Assembly: GCA_009914755.4 (NCBI GenBank)
Contig: CP068257.2
Coordinates: 25,120,001 to 25,184,000 of the forward strand
Direction: 5' to 3'
Source of the DNA: the human T2T-CHM13v2.0 reference genome, Homo sapiens
Length of the DNA: 64,000 bases
Shown: piece after piece, positions 38,901-54,357 of the stretch
Layout: each line of letters opens with the position of its first letter
Position numbering within the stretch: the stretch's first letter is position 1
Made by a program: the position numbers and the translations under genes
The notes under the pieces: generated by a model
Seen by the model: the letters and a program-made list of their open reading frames with translations, nothing else
What the model was told of the DNA's origin: nothing
Database searches by the model: none

Positions 38901-40689
38901 ACCTCATTGAAGAGGATGAACATAATAAATATGTAAAATATCTGTGATTTTATAGCACTTTGGGGTTGTATAAATAAAAGAGTAAACTATACACTGCATT
39001 TTTAATTAGGAATTGAGTGTCCACATTGAATGGATTCATTTTTATACAGGACTTTAGATCCATTAGATGATCTCTGCTTACTGCCTCGTCTGTCTGCAGG
39101 ATCACATGATCACACATGATGTTACTTTTATTTTAATCCATTCGGAAAGTTTCCAGGAGACTGAGAAAGAGAAAATGCTCATCGGGGAGTTTACTCAACA
39201 TTGCCTAGTTTTGTTATCCATAGAAAATAGACTGGTGGAAGTGGCCCGCAAAGTACACAACCAGGTCAGGGTCCCACGCTCTGTTCAAATTCTGTTTTCT
39301 CGTTAGCAGCCTTCACATGACAGAGCCCTGGAGAAGGACAGCACTTGAGCAACTTTCAACTATCGCAGCATCTGCTAAGAGCCAGAGAGAGACTTGAGGA
39401 GAAAACGACTGTGAAACAAGGATGCAATGATCTCAAATTAAAAACAGTTACATGATTAAGGCAGTGGCCCGCTTACCACAGCCTCAGGACACACTGGAAA
39501 GCTTCAGCCATTCATTACCATTCACATGTTTTGTCCAAATGGCAAAACGTTTAGGAAGAAAATGTTAAGGTTCCAAATTCTAAAATACTTTTTCCTACAT
39601 TGTTCAATTCCTGATTTGAAATAGTAGAAGGGGGAAAAACATTTCAGCTGAAACTGAATGCATTGGCAAGCTAGAGATTATCAAAAGAGGGAGAATGAAG
39701 AGAATTTTTTACAGGCACTGGTGGAGAGAATTATGCAACTTCCCACTACGCAAACTTTTGTAATTGTAAATTCTGCTACCTTTTAAGGAGAAAATACCAT
39801 CAGCCTGCAACTTGAGAGCTTTTATGAGAACCAGGAAAGGGATTTTCCTTCACTCACATCTGTCTTCATTTGCTGAGTGTATGCTGCAGATTTCATGCTG
39901 GTTAGCTCAGTCTAAGAAGTAGAAGACAACTAGCATTAAATCAAGCAAATGCATGTGTCCTTATTTTTAAAAATTACATGAAAACAAGGCTTGCCTTGGA
40001 CTATATGGTCTATTTTTCCCAATAGCAAAAGGTAAGAAAGTCAATATAAGCAAATTCACAGGATTGAAGTAGAGACTTTTCCCCATTTATGTGGGTGAAA
40101 CAAAGGATTATCTTTCAAGGACGTTTCTAGACATCTTTACACGTTTACATTTTTATATAGATAAGGATATATACCATTAAAATGTGCATGGATTTTTTAT
40201 TTTGGCTTCTTCCATACTCAGGCATTTAGTATCGTGGAATCATAGAAACTTTGGTTTTATGATGATTTCAGCAGGATCTCAAACATGTTTTTAAAAATCA
40301 CTTCTTTCAGATAATCCACATCACGAACTTTGCTCTTTGATTTTATCTGTGCATCAATATTTGCTAATCACTAAATTTTCTAAACTAAGATATCAATATT
40401 TCCAACAGGAATTTATCTGTTAACACAGGATACATGACAGATTGAGAGAACCATGTACATACAATTTATCTTTGGTGAATATTCCACAGACTTTATTTTC
40501 TCAGGTAATTTTTTTTCCCAATTAGACCATTCTTAACATGCTGACCACTAGAATGAAAAGTGAAAACTTGAATCAATGAACAAATACCAAATCTTGGGAA
40601 CCATGATAACCCAAACACAAATCCCTGTGGATTGAAGGCCTGTATAGGAAGGGGTGAGATGGTTGTGGGGATGCAGCTATTAATTATGA

Positions 40690-40985
<296 letters not shown>

Positions 40986-42127
40986 CCTGAAGACTCTTCT
41001 TAAGGGAATGTAATTTCTTTGTAGAAATGAAATATCATGTAATATAAAATTGGCAATATAATCTGAGTTCTAATATTACAGTTTTGGTTGTTATATTTAA
41101 TATTTTTAACATGATTATACATCTTTGAATCTAACAAATATGCCTAATTGAAGAATAATTTGTACAGTTCTCTATTTGATGTGGCATCACTTTAATTCTG
41201 AAATTCAAGAAATATCTTAGAACATTTGTAAAAATCAGCAGTTACGTTAACAATAATACAAGTAAGAAATCTCTCCTTGGCCCTGCCCTGCCTCCCCTGA
41301 TCCCCATCTCCCTTCATTCGTGCCTTGTTTTCTTATCCTTCTTTTGCTCCTTCCTTCCCAACTTGAGCATAAACCTGCTTCTTAGTTGCTTTCTGTATTG
41401 GGGGAAACCTTTTGCTGTTTTCTGGAAGCAACAAATCCTTCTTAATTTGACAGGGTATTGTTGAGCCTGGAAGCAGCAGACAGTATTGTGTACCTGCCTT
41501 TATTAATCTGGGTACACATTTTAGAAGCTGCTTGGGTAATATCATGTGGGTTCCCTTTCATTTCCTTTCTTGGCTTGCCTTATCTCACAGTTCCACCCTT
41601 TGCCATGAATGTCTTCTCCTAACTTAGAAAAGAATATCTCATAAGACAGAAATAAACATGAAGGCAAAAGAGAAGAATAATTTTTGGAGTGACGTATTTT
41701 AGCCAATTTTTTTTCATCTCTAACTGTAGTTTCTGAGATTCCTCCTGCTCCCAATTTTTAGAATCCATTCTTTTCTTTTGTATCACATATAGCATTGATT
41801 GCACAATTTTTAAATAATTACAGACAATTATGTGGTATTTCAGTGTGTCGGGCACAGATCTAATAATAACATTCAATCCTCACAACAGCTTTACGGTTAC
41901 TGCCTTCACTTTACAGATGAGGAAACTGGGGCTTGCGTATGTTAATTCTTACTCAAGGTCAGTCCGTTAATAAGAGATGGAGCTCAGAATCGTACTAAGT
42001 TGCTGAAACAGCTGAGTCTCTGCTATTAACTGCTCCTCCTTGATAATGACTTGCCCAAGATAATGCAGCAATCAATAGATTAGACATTGTATCAGGAGTC
42101 TATGGCTTCTCTTATTGGATTAGTTCC

Positions 42128-42495
42128 TGATATGGTTTGGCTCTGTGCCTCCACCAAAATCTCATGTTGAATTGTAATTCCCAGTGTTCGGGCAGGGAGC
42201 TGGTAGGAGGTGATTGGATTATGGGGACGGATTTCTCCCTTGCTGTTCTCGTGGTAGTGAGTGAGTTCTCATGATATCTGTTTGTTTAGACGTGTGTAGC
42301 ACCACCCCCTTTGCTCGCTTCCTCCTGCTCCAGCCATGTGGACATGCCTCCTTAGTCTTCGCCTTCTGCCATGATTGTAAATTTCCTGAGGCCTTCCCAG
42401 CCATGCTTCCAGTACAGCCTGTGGAACTGTGAGCCAGTTAAACCTCTTTTCTTTATAAACTACCCAGTTCTTTATAGCAATGTGAGAACAGTTCC
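42128..42495 (+). mobile_element. Solo MaLR LTR of the THE1/MST family, sense
   Basis: TGATATGGTTTGGCTCTGTGCCTCCACCAAAATCTCATGTTGAATTGTAATTCCCAGTGTTCGGGCAGGGAGCTGGTAGGAGGTGATTGGATTATGGGGACGGATTTCTCCCTTGCTGTTCTCGTGGTAGTGAGTGAGTTCTCATGATATCTG ... CCAGCCATGTGGACATGCCTCC ... CTGCCATGATTGTAAATTTCCTGAGGCCTTCCCAGCCATGCTTC ... GTGGAACTGTGAGCCAGTTAAACCTCTTTTCTTTATAAACTACCCAGTTCTTTATAGCAATGTGAGAACAG. This is the THE1 consensus as I remember it, TGATATGGTTTGGCTGTGTCCCCACCCAAATCTCATCTTGAATTGTAGCTCCCATAATTCCCACGTGTTGTGGGAGGGACCC ... GAACGGACTAATACA, but diverged. Confidence 0.8.
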
Positions 42496-45276
42496 CTTTA
42501 AAGTTTGTGAATTTGAGGCTTTTAGCATTATCTATTACACAATTAATGGCTTGTTTTTTTTTCCTCCAAAATGACCAAATTAAGAGTAACTCTGTAGACC
42601 TTTGATGCTATCCAAAAATCTCTTTAGAGACTCTTGGTTAGGAAATTGTGCTTATAATCCCTTGGCTTCCCTTTTCTTGGTAGGAAGATAAACTCCTGGG
42701 AAACACACTTAGGCATGTATTTAATGAACTAAATTACTGCTAAGTGTTATAAAATGTAATGCCTAAAAGAATTAATGTACTCAGTCTTGACCCACCTAAG
42801 TTATTCACCTCTAGTCCCTGGTTGAATATTAGACATGTAGGAAAGGCTCAATTAATTCTGAATGAATGAAACGACTCAGATTCACTCAAGGAAGCAACTT
42901 TGGTGTAGTTCTATGTGTTAGAAAGCCTAAGTTCATGAATGGGATAAAATGAGGTATGACAGACTGAATACCTAACCACCTACTGTGGAGCTGTGCAGAG
43001 AACGAAGGCTCCTGAGCACCTGATGGACAAAACTCATGTCCCATTCCCCCTCCACCTAAGATGCCTTTGCTCTGTTGACTTGGCCTATCATTTTTAGTCG
43101 GCCAAGGGAATTGAATCAATGCCAACAACTTCTGCCAAAAGGCAGCAGTGAACTTCAAAATATTTATCAATTAGTACAGGGTGCGCCTCAACCAGTCAGA
43201 ATCGGCACTGGCTGTAAACCTGCACAGCTGTACTGGGGCTTACCTGCTGAAAATCAGCACTGCTTGTAAGCCCTGCAATCTCAAATCTTCCTAGAGGCCC
43301 ATGGGTTTCTAAGAAGCTCCTCTCATTGCTATGAAAAGATCTAGCCCCTATACACATTTTTTTAACCATCCATTTTAGAAAAATTCCTGGGAAATTTGTC
43401 AGAATCTGTGTAATCATCATTAATTTAGCAATTCTCAAAGGTAACCCAGAGTTCATCCAGCTGCAGCTTATTCCATTGATCACAATAATCCACCCCACCC
43501 AGAACTTTCCTCATGAAAGGAATCTTCTTGGAGTGGCCATCTGGATCGTGTTATCCTAATCAGAGTGTAGAGAGCATACAAGGTGCAGACACTCTTTCCA
43601 CTGAAGAGTCAGGCTCACTCATTCTTGGATGTGCTTCCCCCTTTCCTTTCACTTCCCTCTTTCTTTCTTTTATCTCCACTGGAGAGGTATTGGATGATTT
43701 ACTGACATTAAAAAATAAGACTATAATAAATTTTATTTTCTCTGAGTAATGCGCACTTCTGAAAACTGCCACCCCCATTTCTACACATTAGGCCTGGAGT
43801 GGAGGTGAGGGGTGGCCTAAACTAAAAACAAAAACCTTCCCACTTGCAGATAATTGTTTAATGGGCAAAAGCTTCAGCTCATTCTTGGATTTTCCATATT
43901 GCAAACCGGTGGCCCCAAATTTAGTTTATAGCTTTTCTCTATGCTTTATTTCCAGGCATTTGTATGCACAGATCTATATACTTTCCCATGACCATATAAA
44001 TGAAAAGCTTTCATTATCAATATAGTACAGTGAAAATGAAAGCACAAAGTTACGGGCAAACATGGACTGACCACTGGGGTATTAAAACATTTCTAACAAA
44101 ATCTCTAAAGCCATTGAATTTTGATTTTTTTAATTTATAACCTAGATAAAGGATGAAAACTAGCATTTATCAAATGGCCAAGTCAGTTAACATATTATTT
44201 TTATCCACACTTCTATTGTCCTTCCATAAAAATGAAATAATTAAAAGGCAATAAATGCAGATATAGTGTTCCGTATTTCAAACTAGCATCCAAAGTAATT
44301 ATTGAGTGTTTGATCTTTGCTCTGTACCAGTATGATGAATCAACTAATGAATCAACAAATTGCAAAACAGGAAATCTATATTTCTGTCAGTTGAGGAACA
44401 GGTAGATAGTTTATTTAGAATAATAGAATATTTTCCAAAATATCAATTTAGAATCCAATAGGCTACAAATTAAGAGAAAACCAAAGCAGTGGCTTAAAGA
44501 AGTAAAAGATTTTCTGATATATCAAAAAATCCAGAAGCTGACAATCAAGGGTTCTTGCAGGTGTCAAGGGAGCCATCATGGAACCAGGCTCCCTCAATTA
44601 TCTTCTACTGCTTTTGATCTCATGGCCACAAAATAGCTACAGCAACTCCAGCCATCACATTCTCATTCTAGGCAGACAGAATAGTTTTGGCAAGTGTAAA
44701 ATGCCAAAGTTTTCTTCTCACTATATTTTACCATTCTTATTTGAGAAGAATTCTGCATGTCTCATTGGCCAAAACCATTTTATATGGTCAACCCCTATCA
44801 GCAAGGGAGAATGAAAATTTTATTTTAAATTTTGGTAAAGAGGAGTAAATGAATTTGGAACAGTGGTTGAAAATAAACTAACTCACAATATTTGTCACGT
44901 ATGCTTCTGACCAACAAATAGACAGCTCTTTATGGATATAATATGTGTTTCCTCAGACCACAAAGGTTTTGAAGCAAGAATATGAGTCACAATAAGTCAC
45001 CGTGAGTGTTTGTTTCTTTGACTCTTCCCCTTCCTCATGGTCTTCCAGACCTACAGAAACCTTCATCGTCCCTCTTAAATATTTCTGGAAGTCCCCAGAG
45101 GATGTCTTTTGCGTACTCATAAACTCAGCTCTGATAGATACTATATGTGCCCATATTTTCTTTCTGCCTGAACTGGCTTCATACAGTAATCAGAGTGGAG
45201 GCATCGATATGTCTGAAAGCCACAGTTAACACTACTATATTGTTTCCTGTTGCTGCTGTTGTAGGTGAGATCATCC

Positions 45277-45309
<33 letters not shown>

Positions 45310-48300
45310 CACTCTCTGCAAAAGCTGTCTTGCTGCACTCAAACCCATAACCTATCTAATGGAAGCTAGAGTTACTGAAGTCCATGTGGTGAAGCCATAC
45401 TGTAGACGTGGTCAGTATTGCCTCTCAGCTTTGAATTCCATGGGTCATATCTTCCACATTTGGTGCTCTCTGTTCCTGGGAGAATTTGGTTGGAAAAGTC
45501 CTTTTCATTTCTATTTTGTTCTACTCCATAGAGCTCAAGCAAAATGGCTTAGTGCTGGAAAAAGGACCCCACACGAGACGTGCCATATTCAAATTTACCC
45601 TCCCTTCAGTTATTGGGATATTTTCATCAGGCCAATCTCATAGGCTTTGCATTTTATTTGTGGATGACTTTTTAAAAATCTTATGGAGCTCTTACACAAG
45701 CTTTGCATAGATACTTGACACCCACTGGTTTATTTAAATCAATGGATAAATTCAGTTTAGGCTGCCAAGCTGGCATTACTAGACCAAAGGTAATATTACT
45801 AGACCAAAGGTAATTCATGCTAAGTTCAGTATATCTGCCTTCATCTTAACCCTATCCACAGCCATCCCCTCCTATTCATATTTCAGGTTGTCGGAATTCA
45901 AACTGGTCTTACTATCCATATGTTAGGTTGTCAAAATTCAAACTGGTTTTACTATTCAAATTCCAGGTTTTACGCACACTTGCATTTACATACCAGCTCT
46001 CCACTTCTTATGTTAAATCAATCTACTTATCCTCTTGAGATTATGAGCCTGACATACAGGATGTTCACTTACAGAGAAAATCATAGTTTACTTTTTTAGA
46101 CCTGTTTATGCCACTCTACATGGAGAAGAAAATTGATGGGCTACTTAGATAGAAAACCCTCTACAAGCCAGTCTAGCAAGGTCTCACTAGGGGATATTTC
46201 AATGGGAAAATATATCTTTGTTACTCCTCCTATGCCCAAGCCCGGATTTGAAGTCCCAGAAGGAATCTGGATTGGGATGGGAAAAAATCTGGTAGTGTTG
46301 TGGAACCCAGACTAGGAGTTCATATGGAAGAAGAAAGAAAGCGGACGCCAGAGCACCATCGTACCTCACGCCACCCACAGGACACCAATAAAGCAGCCTG
46401 TGACGATCAATGCTGGAAATGAGTGCCTTGGAGTTAGTGTTAAATGGATGCATGAGAATCTCAATTGAAGTTAAAAATATATACGATGAGCAAACTGAAT
46501 GGAAGTAGAAAAATGGCAGTTATGAACACAACATTCAAAAGTGCCCCATCTCTATGTGTGAATGGGATTTTCAGCTTTCCTGGAACAAGGGAAGCTACTT
46601 GAGAAGAATTTATGTCTAGAATAAGAACAAATGAGATAATACTTTTTCAAATTTACCCTACCAGTAAATACTGCTGAACAATCTGTCTAATTTCTGTATG
46701 CAGTTACCTCCAGAAACATCAGAGAACCTATGGGAACTGGTATACGATGCCAATATTGAGTTTTGTGAGCACATGGGTTTTGAGACAACCTCTTAAAGAG
46801 CCCTTTCAAAATCAACAGAGCCTTGAAATAGTAAAAGACTCTGCTCTAGCCCTTACAATTTGAGTTTAGTATTGGATTGTTGGGATCCATTTAATACTGA
46901 GGTTCCAAGCCTGGGTTAAAAACTTTGCTAGGTCAAGAGCTACACCTTTGCCCCTTTTCCACCTGAGGTAAATTATTTCCTCCAAGAAATTACTTTCCTT
47001 TTTGAGCAAGTAACTTTCTGAAATGCTGAGAGAAACTGGTACTTTAAAATAGATAATTTGCCTCAGATGGGTCACGCACTTTATTTCCAGAAGCCAGTTT
47101 AATTTTTTTTTTCCTTCACTCTGATGATTGGGTCAAATCCTTATTAATAAAATGTGTGCTACTGGAAAGGAAAGACACCTTTGTTACTTAATCCATGTGC
47201 GGTCATTTATATTTGGCATGCATAAATGTCATGAAGAACAGGGAAAAAATATAATTCATGAGCAAAATGCATTTTATGCTACTGTCCCCTTGCCAAATTA
47301 AGTATTATAGTTGGAAATTTAGGGTGGAGGCTCACTTTGGGAAAAAAGAATCAAATTGTCTGGGGATTTTGCTTTCATCACCAAAGGGATTTTATGTGTT
47401 TGGAAGGATCATCAATTCCTGACTTGGTGGTAGACAATACTCTTACTTCACGCAGGTCCTGCAGAATTCTAATATGGCTTGGTTGAAATTTCTTCTTTTG
47501 ACTAGAAACTTTTTTCACATTTTTTTTCAGTATTCCCTTTGATGCAGTCAAAATAGGTGGACAAATACGTTGTCTACACTGAAACAAAGCTTGCTTGAAT
47601 TCACCTATATGATGATGTCTTCATGAGCTTGCTTTGCCTTTCCAAATCTGTCTTTAAAAGATTCACTAATCTCCAGATTTTAAAACATAGAGGAATGTTC
47701 CAACAGTACATTTTTCAAGTGATGTAAAAAGTTCTTGGAATTAATTTGTCATCAGCCTTGCTCTAAGGACGGTGTTGTTTCAGCCATGGCCATTTAGGAA
47801 CTGATCATTGCTACCTACAACCCTGTTGAAAAGGCCCACTTCGTGCAAAAGTCAAAAGTAAAAAAAAAAAAAAATCTTTGTATACATTTTTTTTTCCACT
47901 GGATGTATTACATGGTTAAATTTATTTTTTTAAATTTGGAAAACAAACTTACTTTTAAGCACTTTCATGTCCTAACAAGTTTAAAACACACATAGAAGCG
48001 GAAGCATTCCTTCACCTGATGTTTCAGCGTTCAAGGTACTGAAAGTCGCTTGCTCATACAATGATATAAAGTTGATGAGTAATAAAGACACCTGATTTTA
48101 TTTTTGCTCATGTGTCTCATGATGACAAAATTTGAGACAGGTCAACAAGAAATATTTACTAGATCTAGTAGTTGTTACTACATTTAAATTGATAGTTTCT
48201 AATAATGATGTTTTGCATAGGTCATAAGGAATTTTCTGTGAGAAATATTAGGAATAAAAGGATTTTCTTCACTCTTCACATGTGTTCTACAGATGTTCAC

Positions 48301-51300
48301 AGACTAGTCTTCCTTTTATAGGCTCTGAATAAAGATAAAATATGGTGGAAATCAACCAATTCGTCATTGCTGTTTTATGCTGTAGAAATTACCCTTAATT
48401 TTCACTTACCTTTGTGTTCAAGGTCAAAGCCACCCCCATGAAAACTCCCAAACTACACACCAAAAAAACAAATCAAACGAAATAAAGCATTGCAAGAATG
48501 TGAAATTTGTGTTGAAAACATCTGGCTGACTATTCTCCCAGGCTATGCTCGGCACTCATTATTCATATAAATTGTGAGAAAGGTTTGGTGTCTGAACGTA
48601 CCTCTAGCCCCTATGATGTGCGTATGTGATTTTTGCCCAAGTACTCATCACCACAATCCTGTATAAGAAAAATAAATTTGAATTTGCTGTGAGTCAGCTT
48701 CATCTTTTAAATTAAATATGATGATAATACCTGCTTTAATTATCTTAGGGCTTCTTATGAGGATAAGATGAAATTTTTTAAAAAGTAAATGTATGAGGAA
48801 AACTTAAAAATACCAACACTTTAGCAAATTTTTATGCTTGGCATGCAAAATCATATCTGATTTGCTTGGCAACTGAATGTGATCATGTTTTTGCCATCAG
48901 AACTCTCATTGTCATGGGTAATGTAATCCAAATATTTTAGTTCCCAGTGAAAGAGTCAAGAATAAATAAGACAAACACTGCATGCTAATTCTGGCCATGG
49001 AGACTGAATATAACAGAGATTTGAATGAGAAAATCTGGTTTGGTGTCAAGCATAATAAAATAAAGAAGAGTTTGTTGATGGGCAAAAGGAAGAGATGGGT
49101 TGAGAAAGTGCTGTGCTCCCTGCTGAGAGAGTAGTTTGACTTTGGACAAAATAATAGCTTCAGTTTCTCTTTGGATTCATTATTGCTCCTGGACTCTCTC
49201 TAATTTGAACCTTGTAGGGGTCATCTGTGCCTCTGTCATCTCGAATACTCTCCACTTCAATGAATCATACTTCACACTGCCAGGATGACCACCCAGAAAG
49301 GCCTGTTTATGTAGGACTTGGCTGCTGCAGAGTTCATCTTAAGTCCCGAACAGCTGAGTTGGGAGCTCCACAATGGTCTCCTGTTTGTTTCTGGGCAGGG
49401 TTGGAGATAAGATCATCTATACAGCCTAACAACCATCTGTGAGTTAATCTGTTGGAATTCTCATCTTATCACTGCATATATTGGACTGTGCTGTAGTGGG
49501 CATACATTTTCTAAAATGCTGTCTTGGCCTGAAATAAAGAATATGTCAGGAAAGTCAATGTCAGCCTATATACAAACAAGGAAGTTGAGATTAAGAGGAT
49601 ACAGAGATAAGCTATCAGCCGATTTACACCTTGTCGCCTTTCTTCTATTCCTTCAATATGATTTTATAATCTTACCATTTTAACCACTAAAATAGTAGAA
49701 AACCAAGATGGGCACTTTTGGCTAAATCAATAGTAACTGTGCTTTGAGACTTGAGCAAGATTGTGGAAGATTTTGCAACGGATAAAGGAGATTATTAAAT
49801 ATCCTTTCAATGAAATGCAAGAGCCTTTGGAGATTATGTGGTGCTATGGGGATGTGTGCCTTCATTTTTGACTAGGCTTTTTTACAACTCTGTAGAGGTA
49901 GAAGTGAACTCATAGAAATTTGATAGGAATGGAAATAGTTTTTGTTGCTAAAAATGCAAAGTATGTCCCTTGGATTATAATCGATGATTTACCTCCACTA
50001 AATCTCCCAAGCTTCACAACCAAAAAACCAAACCAAAACAAAAGATATCATCATAAGAACCTGAAATTTGTGTTGAAAGCAACTGACTGATATTGCATTA
50101 GATAGCCAACATGTCTTGTTATAACTGGTGGCTCTGAAAATTTGCATTTTGAATATATCTAATAAATTAAAACTCTAGCAAGGAAGTTTTAGAAAATGAC
50201 TACAATATAGTAAATGTATTCATACGCTCTGAGAAAAGTAGACAAATGAGAAACCCATATAGCTCATGCCTTTTCTGGGTTCAGATAGAGATCAGTAAAT
50301 GTTTTTCAATTATAATCATATGGTCATTTCAAAAGCAAATCTAGAAGGATTGTTTGCAATCACCACTGTTATTCATAAGTAAAAGTTTAGATGGAAAATT
50401 TTGTGTATTTTGTGTGGGGGTGTATCCTCTGAAGAGTTTATGCTACTCACTACAATGTATACTTTGGCTCATCTGATTGTTCCTGGCACAGGAATATAGA
50501 TGCTATCATTGTCTTGAGACCCTTAAGTTTACATTCAGCCAGATTTCTTTATCTCCTTCCAATATCAGCCTCAATCTAATGATCTTTCTCTTTATAAATT
50601 TTCCTCGGTGCCCTCTTTTCAGGCTGACTTGCCTGTCCAGAAAAGAGGGATTTTCTTTAATGTGGTAAAATATACATAATATAAAATTTACCATTTTAAT
50701 TATTTTTAAGTGACATTAACTACATTCACCTTGAAGTGGAACCATCACCATCATTCATCTCCAAGTCTTTGTCATCACACCGAATAGAGACTCTGTATCC
50801 ATTAAATAATAACTCCATATTCCCTCCTTCTCCCTGACTTTGGTAACCCGAATTCCACTTTTTATCTCTATGAATTTGACTCTTCTTGATACCTCAAATG
50901 TAAAATCAGACAATATTTGACCTTTGTCTGTCTGCCTCATTTCACTTAGCCTAATGTCTTGAGGATGTTGTAGCATATGTCAGAATTTTATTTCTTTTTG
51001 TGGCTGAATAATATCCTATATGCGACTTTTTGTTTATTCATCCATTGATGAATATTTGGGTTATTTCCACCTTTTGGCTGTTATGAATAATGCTGCTGTG
51101 AACATGGGTGTACAAATATCTGTTCGAGTCTTTGCTTTCAATTCTTTCTGGAATATATCCAGAAGTGAATTTCTGGATCATATGATATGTTGATGTTGAA
51201 ATTTGAAAATAAATTTTTAAGGAATTCTTTAAGGAAACACCTTGATTGAAAACAATTTGGAGGAGGAGCAGCCTACTGGGGAATGTATTATTTAGTGACA

Positions 51301-51620
51301 TTAAAAATTATGTAAATGTACTGTTTTCCTAATGGTTGCACTTCATCCATATTATGTCAGTGCTTAATATGCGTTGTTTGACTCTAGGCCAATCCACCAC
51401 TACCTTCATTAAAGCATTAGAGTCAAAAACCTTTGTCTCACTGGTTTTCACCTCTAATTAACTTCATTTCTGAAAGTGCTTTGAAATAAATTTTCCATTC
51501 TGAGGGAAAGAAGCCAAAACAAAAAAATCCAACAAAACCCACGAAGTTTCCCACATGTGAGGATTTGTTTGCTGCTTTTATCTATCGCAACATTCTCTCT
51601 AACAATCTCATTCACAATTG

Positions 51621-52054
51621 TGGACTACTCAGGGTTCTCCACAGAAACAGAATCAATAGGGTGTGTATGTGTGTGTGGAGGCAGAGAGAGAGAGAAAGCC
51701 TGAGATAAATTTATCTTAAGGATTAGTTCACATATTTGTGGGGCCTGGCAAGTCCCATATTTGCACGATAGGACATCAGGTTGGAGACTCAAGGGAAAGC
51801 CGATGTTGCAGTTGAGTCCAGAGGCAGTCTACAGGCAGAAATCCCTCTTCCTCAGGGAGGTTAAGTCTTTTTCTTAAGACCCTCAACTAATCGGATGAGG
51901 CCCACCCATGTAATGGAGGATAATCTGCTTTACTTAAAGTCTGATTTAAATGTTAATCGCATCTAAAATTACCTTCACAGCAACATCCACAAGTGTTTGA
52001 CCAAGTATATTGGTACTATGGTGTAGCCAAGTTTCACATAAAATTAACCATCAC
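51621..52054 (+). mobile_element. LTR-like interspersed repeat, copy B, same family as 14970-16182, about 430 bp with no nested insert
   Basis: TGGACTACTCAGGGTTCTCCACAGAAACAGAATCAATAGGGTGTGTATGTGTGTGTGGAGGCAGAGAGAGAGAGAAAGCCTGAGATAAATTTATCTTAAGGATTAGTTCACATATTTGTGGGGCCTGGCAAGTCCCATATTTGCA ... GATGTTGCAGTTGAGTCCAGAGGCAGTCTACAGGCAGAAATCCCTCTTCCTCAGGGAGG ... ACTAATCGGATGAGGCCCACCCATGTAATGGAGGATAATCTGCTTTACTTAAAGTCTGATTTAAATGTTAATCGCATCTAAAATTACCTTCACAGCAACATCCACAAG ... AAGTTTCACATAAAATTAACCATCAC. Begins TG and ends CA like an LTR. Confidence 0.7.
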
Positions 52055-52907
52055 GATAATGCACTTCTTTAAAAAAAAAAAAAGTGGAGGAGTGTTATAC
52101 AAAGCTTAAATTTTGTAACCTCATTTGATTTGGGTTATTATTGGCTAAATTCTCATTTATCTTAGTCATTAAGCAGATTTCAGTTTACTCATAAATTATT
52201 TTTGTGTGTTTCCAAATATTTTTTAGCACAAGTTTTGCCTTGACAGTTGGATTACATTTTCCTTAAAGCTTGGGTCAAGATTTATTTGGTAATATCCTAC
52301 CTATTATCAATGCCATCTATTATAGCACTCGAGGCAAGTCAGTGTTCACCAATCACCAAGTAAATACTTTGGCAGTATCTGAAACTTCAATTTAGAGTTA
52401 ATTTCCTTCCTGCCATCACCAGCACTGTCCGTTGTAGCCATCAGTTTTTTATGGAATCTTTATTACTTACAGTTATGTCCATTTTGTCTGAAGTCCAAAA
52501 TGATTTAATGGGCCATTGCTTTACCATTTTTTTTTTCATAATTTCCCTGAACTAAAGCTCTGTCCTAAGCTTCTTTCTACCTCTAAGATTTTGCTCCAAT
52601 TTCTGCCATACTTGGAGGAATGCCATTCTCAGCCTATCCCAATCCCACCCATTGTTTAGATCATAGTTTAAATTCCTTTTCCTGCACAGATTTCTCAAGC
52701 ATCCTGGTCTACAGTACTCTATGTTTACTCTATTGCCTGTTTTATCTGTAACTCTTCATGTTGTTAGGAAAGCATATAATACCACCTCTTGTTGTTCAGT
52801 AATTTAATATGGGAATTTGACTTCCCAAAGGTAAATGTAAATGTACAGACATACACTCTTTGATTTGTCTCACCCTTCCCTCAAAAGTAAATCAAAAACT
52901 CTATCTA

Positions 52908-53212
<305 letters not shown>

Positions 53213-54306
53213 CTCTATATAGAGAGATAATGAGTAAACATTTTTTAAAAAATGAATTAATACAAACATACTGGGATCTTGTTCAGTGTAAGGTTAGTCC
53301 CATGTGTTTCTGAACTTTACCTTGGGTTTGTAGTCAATGTATATGTGTTAGGTAAGTGTTTTTGACTTTATGTTTATGTGTGACTTGGAAACAATATTAC
53401 CTCATTTGAATTACTGGCATATTAATGATGTCAAAACCTTATCTTTTGAGCATTTTTTCTACTTAAATTCAGAGCTGTTTCATTTGAACACTGTGTTTAC
53501 CAAGCTGAAAAGTCTCATGTTCTCTTGGATAATCTCCAGTCAGAGTTATCTATAAATGATACTTCAGGGACTTTCTTTACAAACTGAATTTGGTTTTCTT
53601 TGTACAGTGCAAATAAGTAAAACCAAAAATTAAAGTACATGAAAAAACATTTGAGCTAGTTATTTCTTCAGCTAGCTCACATGCAGCTGTTAAAATCTGT
53701 ATAGACCATTTTCTGTTCACAGTCCCATTATTAATATTTTGTAGAGCCTTCCTTTAGCCATTTCTCATTTTCAAGCTGGTCTCCTATTACTGGGAGTACA
53801 TTGCAGCATTTGCCATTTTATTTGGGATTGGGACAGTAATACAGTACTTCAACATTGCTTTCATTTCCCAGTATGTCAAACAACATACAAATGTCAAGTA
53901 TTTTTAGTCTCTGCATCATCATCGTTAACAGGATACCAGACTCCCAATGTGCATTCCATCTCCAGCGTACAAAATCACAGCAAGTCATTTCACCAGGGAA
54001 TAAAAGAGCTTTCTACCCAAACGCTGTTACAATTTTCACACTTCGAACGGTATGAGTCTTAAAGCATTTGTAGTCATAGCAACTGTTTTTTAAATTTTGT
54101 ATATAATCATTTTAATTATTAAGTATTTGATATAAAATATAAGGAAAAGTTAATACATGTATGAAAGGTAAATAGGCAGGCTTTTAAAATTACCAAAACC
54201 CCTACATTTTCTAGGAAGGAATTTATTATTGTTTGATGAAGTTAAAACATGCAAGCAGTTAGTGGGACAGTTCCCACTTAGCTCCACTAGAGGTCTCAAT
54301 TGATAT

Positions 54307-54307
<1 letters not shown>

Positions 54308-54357
<50 letters not shown>

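Noticed and set aside
45002-45229. Plus-strand ORF upstream of the poly(A)27 tract, considered as a possible retrocopy coding remnant
   Set aside because: The translation is low-complexity, Ser-rich, with no recognisable family. Only the poly(A) itself is reported, as a finding.
45206-45280. Brief Alu-like resemblance (TGTTTCCTGTTGCTGCTGTTGTAGGTGAGATCATCC) just 5' of the poly(A)27 tract
   Set aside because: It is too short and too diverged to be called an Alu. It might be a heavily truncated SINE tail, but the evidence is insufficient for a feature.
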